64,000 bases of DNA. Source: a virus. Below the pieces are notes generated by a model. That model was given only the letters and a program-made list of their open reading frames with translations. It did no database searches and was not told the origin of the DNA. The position numbers and the translations under genes are program-made. Of the stretch, positions 10,387 to 21,424 are shown piece by piece (position 1 is the stretch's first letter; the number at the start of each line of letters is the position of its first letter). Location: IMG/VR virus record IMGVR_UViG_3300033153_016044, positions 33,730 through 97,729 of that record. One strand, written 5' to 3'.

Positions 10387-13300
10387 CTATGTAAGGTTGC
10401 TTCCGCGAACTCTTGCTTTATTAGGCTTTCCTGTTCTAGGAGAATCCAAAAAGTGAACGAGACTAGCAGACCCACCCCTATCTATCTCGGTCTGAACAAG
10501 TTTCGAAACAGTCTCAGCAATTACTTCTACCTGGTCTTCAAGTCCAGTTCCTATCAAGGCCTGCACTAGCTGCTCTGCGAATTCCTCTCCCTTAATTATA
10601 CTTTCAATCTTAGCATTTAGCTCAAGCTCCATGGGGGCAACATTTACGTCTAGCTGGCCTTCGCTAAGTGCGGCGCTGAACTGAGTAACCCATAGCTGAC
10701 AGGCCTCATCGAATTTTTCTTTGAAAGAATTAATAAAGTCTTCACGAGAAGCTTCGTCTATAATTAGCTTAGCCTGTTGTGCTTCTGCTAATTTCTTTCT
10801 TTGAATTGTGTTCTGTGTATGCTGTGCTGCCTGCTCTTGTTTATGTGCACTTGTAGCATTGAATAAGCTATCCATCTTTGCATTAAACTGTTGCATAAAG
10901 TTTGCCGTCTTCTTTGCTGCATCCACTACTGGCTTATTGGCATCCGCAGTTTGTTGGCCTGCGGCGGCTATTGCTGCAGATGTTTTTTCTTGCTGAACCA
11001 ATAGGTGGTCAATTCCTGCAGAGATAAGAACATTGGGGTCTCTATCATCCGTGATTAGTCCTTCCTTAATAGCATCAAGCCTTTCTTTCTCTCCCTGCTG
11101 TAGTGAATACTGGGCTTTTAATTGCTCTAGGTTTTCTTTAGCAACAACTAGGGCTTCTGCGGTTAGGTTTCCGAATACTCCCTCTTTTTCAAACTGCCCC
11201 TCGTTAACCGAGACGATTCTTTCCATGGCTGCAATCTGTCTAGCTAGGGGGTCGTTCATTACATTAGAAAGGGCTTGTTCTAGTTTTCCCTTTTCGTCAT
11301 TGGAAGCCGCTTCTCTAGCAGCATTAATTTCAGCAGCTAATGTTCCAGGAGAAAGAATTTCAGACAGAGCAGTCTTTAGGTCTGCAGAGCCCTCTCCTCC
11401 GTTAGTTTTATCAAGAAGCTCTCCAGCTAGTGCGCTAACTAAGACTTTATTAAAATCTTCTTCACTGTTAACTAGTCCAGACCTCTGAGCAATAGCCTCC
11501 AGAGCCTTGCTATTAAGCCCAAGGTCATTTGCTAGGACTTCAAATTGACTTCCAAACTTACTTATGTCAGCATCAGGGTCAGCTATTCGTGTCTTTATAG
11601 CTTCGGCAAAATCAAAGCCAAGCCTCTTAGATAACTGTTCTACGAGGCCACCCTCGTCTACTCTCTTGGCCTTCTGTGTTGATATGGCTGCTTGTGCTGC
11701 TCTAGACAATTCAACCTTTGGTGCTGCGGTGGCTGCTGTTGTTGAAGCCGTTGCTGCGGCTCTTTGGGCGTCTGCCTTAGAGAGGGTCTCTGCGGCGGCT
11801 GCCCTGAGCGCTTCTCCTGCATCCTTTAGTCTTTCATTATTATCTTTAACGGCACCCAGGCTGGTTATTGTTTTTTCTGCGGCTGCAGCTTGTTCACATG
11901 CTGCAGCAAAAGCTTTGTTCGCAGCGGTCGCCTGTGTTTCGGCAGCAACCCTTACGGCAGAGTCTGTTTCAGAACTAAGTCTTATATCTCCGCTAGCATC
12001 TATATTAAATTTTTCTGTTGCTATTCTTTTAATTTCGGCGGCCCCTAATTCTGTACTTATTCTAGCTGCTTCAGTAGCATTGGCTACGGCTGCTGCACCA
12101 GTAGCTAGGCTGGTAGTAAAACCACCCATGGCTTTAATCACGTCAACCCCACCTGTTGCTAGTGATTTTTCTAGTACTTTGATTCTATCTGCAATAAATG
12201 ATTTCTTAAAATCTGACTCAAACTGCTCAGTAGTCTTTGCTGTTTCTAGTAGTCTTTTATTAAGCGCTGCGAATGCATCTTGGGCTTCAAAGAAAACTTT
12301 CGCTTCATCATCTGTTAATAAGTTAGGATTTATTCTTCCTTCTTTTAATTCGGTAGCTGCTATAAAAAGCTTAGCAACTTGAGCAAGAGAATCTCCCGTC
12401 CCATCGAGGCCAATCTGTCCACCACTAGCTACTGCAGCTATTGCTGAGGGGATTCCTTTTAGCAATGTTCCCACATCAAAATCTGTAGCAAGCTTTGATA
12501 TGGTATTTTGTTGTCCCTCTAGTCTCCCTAATGTTTTAGATAAGTCCTGTAGAATAGCTGCATCTCTTTTTTGTTGACTACTACGAGATGTTGTCCGAGC
12601 CTCTAGTCCTATCGCGAATGCCTTCTTATCGGACTCTCCTACATTTCCCTTTCTAAGAGCAAATAATTCTTCTAGTGCACGTTTGATTACTGTTGGCTGA
12701 CCACCAACCTTCACTTCTCTTGCATCCCTAATGTCTTTAAGTAAACTACTTACATTAACTAAAGAAGAAACAATTTGTTTATCTCCCTCTGTAGCTTGCG
12801 GAATTTTAGTATCGAAACTATCTTTGAGAAGGCTTACTTGAGAGGCCACTTTTTCTAAATTTCTCTTAGTATTAGTAGCGTTTGTTATTGCTGTATCAGC
12901 AGTTCCTTTTGTTGCAGCTACAATTGAAATTATTCCATCTAACTGCTTCAAGAAGGTTTCACTCTGGTCATTCATGAGGCTTGAAATAACTTTTTCTTCA
13001 TCAAGTAATTTGATTAATTCTAGTTTATTATCTTGTTGAACTTTTATTAGTTCGCTGACTTCATTAAGAAGGGCTTGTTCCTGAGTAATCTGCTCCTCTA
13101 GTAGTTTTGCATTTGGGTTTGCGGCAAGTCTTGCAAACAAAGATGTCAATTGTCCAGGAGTAATTCCTTCTACTAGGCTCTTTCCTCTAGACTCTGCGAC
13201 CTCGAACCCTTCAAAGATAGACTTTAGAGCCTCTCCACCTAGCTGTTTGTTTACCGTAGTAATAATCTTTAGTAGGCCCTTTTCAATATTGCCGCTATTT

Positions 13301-16300
13301 ACTTTCGCTAATTGCAATACATCTTCAGACTCGAATAGCTTGAGAGAGTTTTCTAGAAACTCCTTTGGTGTCTTAATTAATTCTTCGCCAATCTTAACTT
13401 CCAAATCTATTCTCTTCTGCATGACGCTTAGCTCTTCTCCAATAAGGCTAATACGTTGTCTAACAAAATCATTTTCTGTGCTAAGTAGATTCTTTCGAAG
13501 GCTAATCTCAGATTGTGCTAAGTTCTTTTGGACATCCAATAGCTGCTTGCTGGCAGTTATCTGGTCTAGCTGAAACTTTGTGCTCCTATCTAGGCCATCT
13601 TTGAATTGAGCGAATGGTCCACCAACGGCTGCTATGTTTGCCTTTATGCTATCCGCGGCTGCCCCAAGCTCTTCTAGAGATGGAACAATACCTATCTGTC
13701 CGAATTGTCTTTGTAGCAGGTCTCCTGCCTTCTTCGCGCCATCAACTAGTATTTGATTTCTTCGCCTAATAATATCTCTTTGTTGCTTAATATTGAGGTC
13801 AGTGATATCTCTTACGGCTCCACCAGCAGTAGACTTTTCTGCTGATTTAATTCCCTGCTCTTGTAGCTGGAATATATCCTTAAATATATCTGCCTCTCTT
13901 CCAATAAGCTCAACGATTTTTGCCTGACTATCTACGAGATTTTTAATCTGCTGATTGGCTGAAGATGAGATACTTTTAAATCTATCTACTTCAGTCTCGG
14001 CAACTTGTTCTCTAGCATCTAGGGCGGCCTGTGCTTTATCAAACCTAAAATTAATTACATCCAACTCTATATTTGCTAGTTTGTTCTGCAATGCCAATCT
14101 GTCTTTTGTTAATTTCTTAACTGTCTGGGCATTTTGATTTTGAGTACCAGCAGAAACAATAGCTAAGGTGACTTCACCAATCTGTCGTTTAATAGATTGT
14201 TTTTCTATAGCTAGTTGTCTTTCGTCTACTGTTGCGTTTATCTGTGCTTCAATTACTGGAGTAATTGCTAAGGTTTTATCTAGCGTTGCAAGCTCAGCTT
14301 TCTTGAGTAACTCTGAAACTTTACTTAATGTATTCTGCTCTTGCTTTATCTTTGAAATTCTTTCTTCAAATTTAATCTGTTCCTCAAGCTGTGCATCCTC
14401 TGCTCTCTTTTGTTGAGATAGTATGATATTTAATTTACTCTGTGCTATCTTCTTTTGTTCTATTAAGCCTTCGGAACTAAGTTGGGCTTCAGTATTTCTT
14501 TTAATTCTAATGTCTAAATCTGCAATATCCTTCTGTAGCTGAAGAGATAGCTCCTGTCTTGCTGTAATTTTTTCTTGACCTTTAGCTTTTTCTTCATCTG
14601 CCTTTGCTTGGAGTTCTCTATCTCTTTCAATAGCCTTTCTTACCTTGGCTTTAATTTTTACTTCCTCAAGTCGTAGTTCATTACCAGCAGAGACCTGAGA
14701 GTTATAAGCAGCGGCTGCGCCAACCAGGGCTCCGACAAAAGCACCAATAGGCCCACCGACAGCAAACCCTAGAAGTCCACCAGTTAAAGCTCCTTGCAAA
14801 CTAGTCTCTACTTCTTTACCAACATTTCCACCAATCGCTTTTCCAATAATTGGGGCTGCGAATAGGCCAGCTCCAATAAGGGCGGCTCCGACTCCTGTCT
14901 GAATTCTACGAGTACTTTTTCCACCAAGCACCCCTTGTCCACCTCTCACACTTGACTTAAGATTTGATTGAATTCCTAGTCTTTGTTCTTCAAGAAGTTT
15001 CAATTCTACAGCTAATGCAACCTCTCTTGCTTTTAATTTATTTATATCTCTTTGGTTTACAGACCCAAACTTTGATATCGCAGCAAGCTCTGCAGCATTA
15101 ACTACAAGCTCTCTTTCTTTTACAGATATTGCACTAGTTACGCCTACTATTGATGTTCTAAAGCTTAATATTTGTTGCTCAGTAAGTAGTCCTTGCGCCC
15201 TAGCAGCGTTAGCTCCCTCTAAAAGATTCCCTTCAACTTGTATATTATTTATTATTTTGTCAGTGACTTCTGCTAGCTTCTGAGATGGCAATAGACCAGC
15301 AACAAAACCCTGAGATACAGCCCTTAGGGTAGGAGCTAATGCCGCAAAGGCAGCAGCAAATATTGGAGCAACACCGCCTACAATATTAACAAAAGTATCG
15401 ACGCCGCCTATAACGTCTGTTAATCCTCTGGTTGTAGCCTTTAGAAAACCAATTACTCCAGAATCATTTACAAGCCCTTCTAGTGAGGCCTTTAGTTTTC
15501 CGAACTCTGCTGTCACAGTTCTTGATTGTGCTTCAGTTTCAGCCAGGAATCTCCTTAGAGTTCTTTCAATTCTTATGGCTTTAGTTTCTGTATTATTAAG
15601 TTTAGCGATGGAATCTTTAACTTCATCAACGTTACGTGCAAGACCAAGAATAACAGAGGCGTTTCTTTCATCTGTGAACTGCGAGATAAAATCAATCGCA
15701 GACTGTTCACCTTTAAAGGAGTTAATAACCTCTAGAACTTTTACTAGAGCTTCGGGGCCAGCTAGCTGTCCTTCTTCAATAATATCAATGCCGGCGAACT
15801 CTTTAATTTCATCTGCACTCTTAGCGACACCAATGCTTAATTGACGAAGCGTCGTTCCTACTCGGGAGACACTTGTCTGTGCAGCGTTAGAAGCTGAAGC
15901 CAGGAACTCAAGAGACTCAGCTACTGTAGCGCCCTGCACAGAACTGAAGGCACCACCAACTCTAGTTAGGCCTTCTGCAAGCTCTCCAGCACTGAAGGCA
16001 CTTCGCTGAGACACCTCAGCTAGCTGTGCTGCTACAATAACGGCCTCAGAGCCTTCAAGTTGGAACTGGTTTAGAACAGAGTTCAAATCAGCAGTTAGCT
16101 TTTCAGCATTACCAAGTGGACCCTCTAGACGAAGTAGTCCTTCCACGGCCTGTGCGAATGGGTTTAGTTCTCCCGTCTCAGAAAAAGCCTCTCTGTTTAC
16201 ACGACCGGCAACTAATACAATGTCGGCAAGCTTAGAGACTTCAAGGCCTGTTTCTTTTGCGCGCTCTATCAAGAGCTTCTGAGTTTGAGCGGCAGCAAGA

Positions 16301-19300
16301 GTTAGAGCGACATACTGTTCTGTAACATTGTTTAGTCTATCAAAAGAGCCAACGAGAGCACTTGACTCCCCCTCTATACTTCCGAATGCTGTTCCTAATC
16401 TATTAACGCCAGCAGCAGCTCTATCTAATGTTTCAGGATTGAAGAAGGCAATTCTTGTAACTTGCTCATCTAGACGTATGATAACCTGAACAGCTTCTCT
16501 TAGAGAGCCAATTGCCTGGAAGATAAACGCAGCAGGACTAGCCCAGGCCAGCAATCTATCTGCAGCATTGGCTGCGGCAAAACCAAACTGGAAGGCAGCT
16601 TTCTGTCCAGACGTCATGCTAGCGGTTAGCCTATCTACTCGTGAGTTTGCCTTTCCAATGTTTCCTTGGTGAGCTTTTAGCTGAGTATTCACAGTAGCAA
16701 GATTGGCGTCTTCTTGTTTTAGAATAGAAACGAATTTTTCCTGAGTTTTAACATCTAGTTTCTGCCCAAAGTTTTGTAGTGACTTTAGGTCAAACGATTG
16801 CAGAGGTCCACCACCTCCGACTCTATTGTCTGAGCCCGTGGCTGTGCGACGATTTCTTTTTTCTTGTAGTGCTGCAGATTCTTGGGTAGCTTTTGCTAGG
16901 CGATTTTCTGCAGTAAATATATCATCTTCAGCCCTAACTATTTGTTCTTGCTTTGCTCTTGCTTCATTTGCAGCTTGCACTTGTTTCGAAAAAGCTACAG
17001 CTATTGCAGCCTCAGAAGAAAGGACGGATTCTTCTACGCTAGCTCGTTTAGCTAATAGACCTTCTAATTCCTGCTCAAGAGCTAATGCATTATCAAAATC
17101 AAAGGACTGTATTGAGTCTCGTATTTGATTTCTTAATAGTCCAATCGCCCTTACTAAAGATTGTTGTACGCCTCTAGCTTCACGATTTCTAGTCTCTGCG
17201 AATCTTACAGATTCTGATTGAGCGCCTTCCTCTTGTCTCAAGCCAGCGACCTGAGCACTTAATGCAACTACGGCTTCTTTTGAAGCAGCTATAAGCGCAG
17301 AATTAACTGATTTTCTTTCTTCATTATTTGCTAGTATTTCCTTCTCTTCTGAAGAAAATGCATTTTGCAATCCACCAGCAGCTCTCTTAAACACATCTGC
17401 TATAGCACGACCGGCATTAGCTATGGCTCCACCACCAATCTCTCCTGCTAGTTCGCTTGCATTGAAGGCATTATTAATTCTATTGACAAGCTCTTGTGCC
17501 GCAGTTTCTTCTTTTGCTCTAATGGCAGCTATAGCACTATCTGATTGTGCGCGGTCTCCGGCTGCCTTTTTAATTTGTCTTCTTAGTGGCTTAGTTACAT
17601 CATCGACAATCTCCTCACTTAGTCGAGGAAAGTCAGAAGTAATTTTGCTTAGAGCATTTTGTAAAAAGTCAGGGTCTAACAATTGGCCGGCTTCGCCGCC
17701 AGACTCAGCTATTTTACTAGCTAATCTCTTAGCTCCTCTTAGAGCTTCAGCATCTAAGGTTCTAGCAACGTTCTTACTTTCTTTAGTAAATTCTGTTTCA
17801 AAAGTTGTTCCAGCTCTAAGAATAGCTTGTTCAAGTATATCTGAAACATCTACGCCAGCCTGGTCTAAGAAAGCGATTTGTCCTGGGTCAGTTGCTGCAA
17901 GTATATTACGCCTTACAGTAGCGAGACCTTCTTCAAGAGTTTTGAATGGAGCACCATTTACGAACTGTGCTGCCGCAGCACCGGCTCCTTTCATACCGAA
18001 CAATGTTCTTTTTAAAGTTTCCGCTAAATCAGCTTGTGCTGATTGAAGCTCTGTACTAGCCGTTTTTTGTAAGGCTGCACTAGATTCTCCTCTTCTGGAA
18101 TCTGCTAATTGTTTTGTGCTGTCGGATAGCGCAGTAGTCTGCCTAGCAGCTTCATCTGTTGTAGCTTTAAATATAGCCATAGATGAATCAATGTCTGCTA
18201 CAGCAGTACCTGCCCCATCGACTCCTTCTCTAAAGCTTCTAATAGTTTGCCTAAGGTCTTTTCCAGTATTTAAAAAAGTTTGTCTGAATAATTTTACACC
18301 ATCAATTATTTCTTTTTGAGTTCCATCTGGTATAATTCCTCTGACAACATTCTCCGTAGCAGAACTAAAGCCTACAGCCAGCTCTTCCATCCTCTGTCTT
18401 AGCGGCTCAATAGGCCTCGACAGAGTCGAAAGAGACTTGGCCGAATTCAGTAGTTGCTGAATTAGTTCAAACTGAGCATCACTTAGCCCCTCTGTTGCAC
18501 TAGCTCCTTGCCGGATACGATTCGCCTGCGCCAGCAAGTCGTCCTTTAGTAGTTGACCTGCTACCGCTCCATCCTCTAGTATTTTATTAAACTTTCTGGA
18601 CGCATTTCCTAGAGAGCTGGCATCAAGGTCAAAGCCATCCAGAGACTCCGTAGAACCAACGAGTCCTAATCTAAATCTGACTACAGCCTCGGTTCCCTTC
18701 TTTACTTGTTCTTTAAATTGTTCATTTATATCATCGTCTGAGATACCAAGAACAGATGCGCCGCCCGCTGCAGAATTCCTGGCTTCATCCTCTAGGTTTT
18801 TACGAACATCTCTTGTAGCATTAAGTCTGGCAAGAGCCTCATCTTTTGTCTGTATGATAACTACAGCTAATGCCTCTTGTGCATCTGCCTGTTTTGTAGC
18901 GAGCCTGGCCTGCTCAATGATTGTTGCCTTTGTTTTTCTGACCCCCTCTAGGTTATCAGATATGGCAGCAACCATTTCTTGAGTGACCAAGGAGCCATCC
19001 CTTAGAGCAAAGAAGATTGCTCGGTCAGCTTCTTCTGCTTTTGTTTGAAAGTTTCTTCTCTCGTTCTGGAGTCTATTAAGTATCTCTTGACTATTAAGCT
19101 GCTCAGAGGATATTGATTTTTGTTTTCTTTGTAGAACAGCAAGGTCAGATTGTAACTGGTTAGCTATATTTATTTCTTCAAGTCTCTTCTGCTGCGCCTT
19201 TGCAATTAATACTGCAGACCTTTTAACTTGTGCGAACTCATCTTCGCTACCCTCAATGGCGCCTAGCCCAAGAACAACATCCTCTAGTCCCTGACTTAGT

Positions 19301-20337
19301 CTTCTAGCTTTTGTGAGCTGCTCTTTAGTTTCCGCAACGAACAACTGTTGGTTGCCTTTTATTTCATTCAGTTTGCTATTTAGAGAATCTTGTATTGCAT
19401 TGAGGTCTGCAGCCTTTCTTACATTTAGGCCCCACTCTTTAGATATTTGTTGAATCTTATTTGTAAGACCAGCAGTAATAGGTATTTGATTTTCAACTCT
19501 AAAGGCATAGGCCTTAGACGCTCTGTTGGCGCGAGTAGCTAGGTCCTCAGCCTCCTTCGCGAGAGAGTTTAGAGCCCCCTGAGTGGCTGCCCTAGATGTC
19601 ACTAGAGGAATAATCTCTCTAGCTACAGCTCTAGTCTTAGCCTCTAGCTGAGTTGATAGCTCTACCTCTCTTTGTCTGTGTATAAGAGCTGCCTTAATAG
19701 CTTTCTGTTCAATATCTGTATTAAGGCCCCCTCCGGTATCTAGGGACTCTTGGCGCTCAGGTAAAGAAAAACTCTTTAATTTTTGGACTGCTGTTCCTGC
19801 TGCCCGAGAAACCTCTACCATATTTTTTGAGGTTGTTCCGAACGCGCTTCTTAGGTCTCCAAAACCTAGGTTTTCTGTTTGAGCATCTACTGCTGCTAAT
19901 TTTCCCTGCAGTAAATCAGCCTGTTTCGACAGCCTATCAAAGCTAGCCCGTGCTCTATTTGTAACGCCAGTAAGTCCACCCTTTGATGCGTTGGCGGCTC
20001 TGAGCTGTCTTTGTTCCTCTGCTGTAATAGAAGCACCCTTAGCTTCTAGTTCAGTTATCTTGATTAAATTATCGGCCCTCTTAGTCGCTGCGGCCGTAAG
20101 CTTGATAGAGGCGTCCTTGGCCTTCTTTGCTACTATCGCTAGCTCAGATTCAATTCCTTTTGACTTAGAGCTTTTCTGCCCAGACTTTCCACCAGGAGCA
20201 AACTTGCCACGTCCTCCTGTCTGAACATCAAGCTTTAGGGGGCGACCAAACTCTTTATCTAGAGCATCCCTAACGCCCTTAAGGGCACCCTTCGCTAAGT
20301 CGAATTCAATAATAAATGGAAGTTTTTCAGCCATCAT
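10387..20337 (-). CDS. tail tape measure protein (3316 aa)
   Basis: Very long Ala/Gln/Lys-rich helical ORF after tube and chaperone genes; TMP-core-like segment (AGELAEGLTRVGGA...VGTTLRQL); Gly-rich hydrophobic patches. Confidence 0.9.
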   Translation of the reverse strand: MMAEKLPFIIEFDLAKGALKGVRDALDKEFGRPLKLDVQTGGRGKFAPGGKSGQKSSKSKGIESELAIVAKKAKDASIKLTAAATKRADNLIKITELEAKGASITAEEQRQLRAANASKGGLTGVTNRARASFDRLSKQADLLQGKLAAVDAQTENLGFGDLRSAFGTTSKNMVEVSRAAGTAVQKLKSFSLPERQESLDTGGGLNTDIEQKAIKAALIHRQREVELSTQLEAKTRAVAREIIPLVTSRAATQGALNSLAKEAEDLATRANRASKAYAFRVENQIPITAGLTNKIQQISKEWGLNVRKAADLNAIQDSLNSKLNEIKGNQQLFVAETKEQLTKARRLSQGLEDVVLGLGAIEGSEDEFAQVKRSAVLIAKAQQKRLEEINIANQLQSDLAVLQRKQKSISSEQLNSQEILNRLQNERRNFQTKAEEADRAIFFALRDGSLVTQEMVAAISDNLEGVRKTKATIIEQARLATKQADAQEALAVVIIQTKDEALARLNATRDVRKNLEDEARNSAAGGASVLGISDDDINEQFKEQVKKGTEAVVRFRLGLVGSTESLDGFDLDASSLGNASRKFNKILEDGAVAGQLLKDDLLAQANRIRQGASATEGLSDAQFELIQQLLNSAKSLSTLSRPIEPLRQRMEELAVGFSSATENVVRGIIPDGTQKEIIDGVKLFRQTFLNTGKDLRQTIRSFREGVDGAGTAVADIDSSMAIFKATTDEAARQTTALSDSTKQLADSRRGESSAALQKTASTELQSAQADLAETLKRTLFGMKGAGAAAAQFVNGAPFKTLEEGLATVRRNILAATDPGQIAFLDQAGVDVSDILEQAILRAGTTFETEFTKESKNVARTLDAEALRGAKRLASKIAESGGEAGQLLDPDFLQNALSKITSDFPRLSEEIVDDVTKPLRRQIKKAAGDRAQSDSAIAAIRAKEETAAQELVNRINNAFNASELAGEIGGGAIANAGRAIADVFKRAAGGLQNAFSSEEKEILANNEERKSVNSALIAASKEAVVALSAQVAGLRQEEGAQSESVRFAETRNREARGVQQSLVRAIGLLRNQIRDSIQSFDFDNALALEQELEGLLAKRASVEESVLSSEAAIAVAFSKQVQAANEARAKQEQIVRAEDDIFTAENRLAKATQESAALQEKRNRRTATGSDNRVGGGGPLQSFDLKSLQNFGQKLDVKTQEKFVSILKQEDANLATVNTQLKAHQGNIGKANSRVDRLTASMTSGQKAAFQFGFAAANAADRLLAWASPAAFIFQAIGSLREAVQVIIRLDEQVTRIAFFNPETLDRAAAGVNRLGTAFGSIEGESSALVGSFDRLNNVTEQYVALTLAAAQTQKLLIERAKETGLEVSKLADIVLVAGRVNREAFSETGELNPFAQAVEGLLRLEGPLGNAEKLTADLNSVLNQFQLEGSEAVIVAAQLAEVSQRSAFSAGELAEGLTRVGGAFSSVQGATVAESLEFLASASNAAQTSVSRVGTTLRQLSIGVAKSADEIKEFAGIDIIEEGQLAGPEALVKVLEVINSFKGEQSAIDFISQFTDERNASVILGLARNVDEVKDSIAKLNNTETKAIRIERTLRRFLAETEAQSRTVTAEFGKLKASLEGLVNDSGVIGFLKATTRGLTDVIGGVDTFVNIVGGVAPIFAAAFAALAPTLRAVSQGFVAGLLPSQKLAEVTDKIINNIQVEGNLLEGANAARAQGLLTEQQILSFRTSIVGVTSAISVKERELVVNAAELAAISKFGSVNQRDINKLKAREVALAVELKLLEEQRLGIQSNLKSSVRGGQGVLGGKSTRRIQTGVGAALIGAGLFAAPIIGKAIGGNVGKEVETSLQGALTGGLLGFAVGGPIGAFVGALVGAAAAYNSQVSAGNELRLEEVKIKAKVRKAIERDRELQAKADEEKAKGQEKITARQELSLQLQKDIADLDIRIKRNTEAQLSSEGLIEQKKIAQSKLNIILSQQKRAEDAQLEEQIKFEERISKIKQEQNTLSKVSELLKKAELATLDKTLAITPVIEAQINATVDERQLAIEKQSIKRQIGEVTLAIVSAGTQNQNAQTVKKLTKDRLALQNKLANIELDVINFRFDKAQAALDAREQVAETEVDRFKSISSSANQQIKNLVDSQAKIVELIGREADIFKDIFQLQEQGIKSAEKSTAGGAVRDITDLNIKQQRDIIRRRNQILVDGAKKAGDLLQRQFGQIGIVPSLEELGAAADSIKANIAAVGGPFAQFKDGLDRSTKFQLDQITASKQLLDVQKNLAQSEISLRKNLLSTENDFVRQRISLIGEELSVMQKRIDLEVKIGEELIKTPKEFLENSLKLFESEDVLQLAKVNSGNIEKGLLKIITTVNKQLGGEALKSIFEGFEVAESRGKSLVEGITPGQLTSLFARLAANPNAKLLEEQITQEQALLNEVSELIKVQQDNKLELIKLLDEEKVISSLMNDQSETFLKQLDGIISIVAATKGTADTAITNATNTKRNLEKVASQVSLLKDSFDTKIPQATEGDKQIVSSLVNVSSLLKDIRDAREVKVGGQPTVIKRALEELFALRKGNVGESDKKAFAIGLEARTTSRSSQQKRDAAILQDLSKTLGRLEGQQNTISKLATDFDVGTLLKGIPSAIAAVASGGQIGLDGTGDSLAQVAKLFIAATELKEGRINPNLLTDDEAKVFFEAQDAFAALNKRLLETAKTTEQFESDFKKSFIADRIKVLEKSLATGGVDVIKAMGGFTTSLATGAAAVANATEAARISTELGAAEIKRIATEKFNIDASGDIRLSSETDSAVRVAAETQATAANKAFAAACEQAAAAEKTITSLGAVKDNNERLKDAGEALRAAAAETLSKADAQRAAATASTTAATAAPKVELSRAAQAAISTQKAKRVDEGGLVEQLSKRLGFDFAEAIKTRIADPDADISKFGSQFEVLANDLGLNSKALEAIAQRSGLVNSEEDFNKVLVSALAGELLDKTNGGEGSADLKTALSEILSPGTLAAEINAAREAASNDEKGKLEQALSNVMNDPLARQIAAMERIVSVNEGQFEKEGVFGNLTAEALVVAKENLEQLKAQYSLQQGEKERLDAIKEGLITDDRDPNVLISAGIDHLLVQQEKTSAAIAAAGQQTADANKPVVDAAKKTANFMQQFNAKMDSLFNATSAHKQEQAAQHTQNTIQRKKLAEAQQAKLIIDEASREDFINSFKEKFDEACQLWVTQFSAALSEGQLDVNVAPMELELNAKIESIIKGEEFAEQLVQALIGTGLEDQVEVIAETVSKLVQTEIDRGGSASLVHFLDSPRTGKPNKARVRGSNLT

Positions 20338-20345
20338 ATACCTCT

Positions 20346-20396
20346 AAAAAAATAAGCCATACATACAGATGTTGGTCCAACTGTAAGCATGGCTTT
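20346..20396 (-). terminator. hairpin plus U-tract immediately upstream of the TMP RBS
   Basis: Minus strand AAGCCATG-CTTACAG-TTGG..CCAA..CTGTATG-TATGGCTT followed by ATTTTTTT. Confidence 0.55.
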
Positions 20397-20414
20397 GTTT
20401 AGTCCTTAAAGCTT

Positions 20415-21113
20415 TTACTTTGCGGTAGCTTTCGCTTTCTTCTTTCTTGTCTTACGTTTCTTTGTAGCCTTCTCTGGGACTACCTTAGTCTCTGCTATGA
20501 AACCATTTAGCCACTCGTCTTCTGGCAGCGCAGTTTCCGACAGGTCTTTAGGCAACGTAATACCTAGCGCCTTCTCATAGTTAATAATTAGAGCCTGTTT
20601 ATAGCAGTCAGTGGTGATTTGCTCATCGAGCCTAGCGAGAAAATCCTTGAGACTATCAAAGACCTTTCTACCTGTCTTATTATACACCACGCACTCACTG
20701 GCAAAGAACTGTGTTCTCATTTCGGATGCCATCGATTCTGCGGTATTATCTAGGACATTACTTCTAACGCTATTAGAGTGATGCAGGCTACGCCTAGTCT
20801 GCTTAATCTCATCATAGAGAGAAATACTAGAGAGGTCTTTTTTCTTACATTCTTTTAATTGATTCTCAAGGTCAAACAACTTAACCTGCAAATCAACTAC
20901 CTCCTTCTCTTGCTCATCTCCCCAAATTTCTCTATCTCTTAGAATTTTAAGGGCCTCGGCATTAGTCATAACTCCTGCACGCATAGCCTTAGAGAAATAC
21001 TCTCTATAAATAAAATCGCCTCTTGTTAGAACAACCTGGTTAAGATTACCGAACGTAACCTCTACCTCATTGTCATCCTTGTCCTTGCTTGTGAAAACCC
21101 TTTCCTCAGCCAT
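20415..21113 (-). CDS. putative tail assembly chaperone (short paralog)
   Basis: Lies between tube and TMP; visibly homologous to the N-terminal half of 21425..22642. Confidence 0.6.
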   Translation of the reverse strand: MAEERVFTSKDKDDNEVEVTFGNLNQVVLTRGDFIYREYFSKAMRAGVMTNAEALKILRDREIWGDEQEKEVVDLQVKLFDLENQLKECKKKDLSSISLYDEIKQTRRSLHHSNSVRSNVLDNTAESMASEMRTQFFASECVVYNKTGRKVFDSLKDFLARLDEQITTDCYKQALIINYEKALGITLPKDLSETALPEDEWLNGFIAETKVVPEKATKKRKTRKKKAKATAK

Positions 21114-21114
21114 C

Positions 21115-21423
21115 TTACTCTCCTAATTCTTCCGGCCTATTATCCGGATGCTCGAATCTAATTTGATACGGAATAAACTCGATATTGTATCTTTCTAATT
21201 CTATTTCCATATTTCTAATCTGGTTATTTCCTACACTTAATATTTTGCTGCGTATTCTTTTGAATCTCTCCTGCTCATCATCACTGAACTCATCCTCTAT
21301 AGCAATTAATGATTCAACAAACGTCCGTTTAATCTTGTGTCTCATCGCAGCCTTCAACTTCTGTCTCGAACCTTTAGAGTAATTATCTTCCTTCTTTTCA
21401 GTATGTTTTTCTAAATGACTCAT
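21115..21423 (-). CDS. hypothetical helical protein (likely start MSHLEK)
   Basis: AGGAGA RBS before ATG at 21423. Confidence 0.65.
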   Translation of the reverse strand: MSHLEKHTEKKEDNYSKGSRQKLKAAMRHKIKRTFVESLIAIEDEFSDDEQERFKRIRSKILSVGNNQIRNMEIELERYNIEFIPYQIRFEHPDNRPEELGE

Positions 21424-21424
21424 G

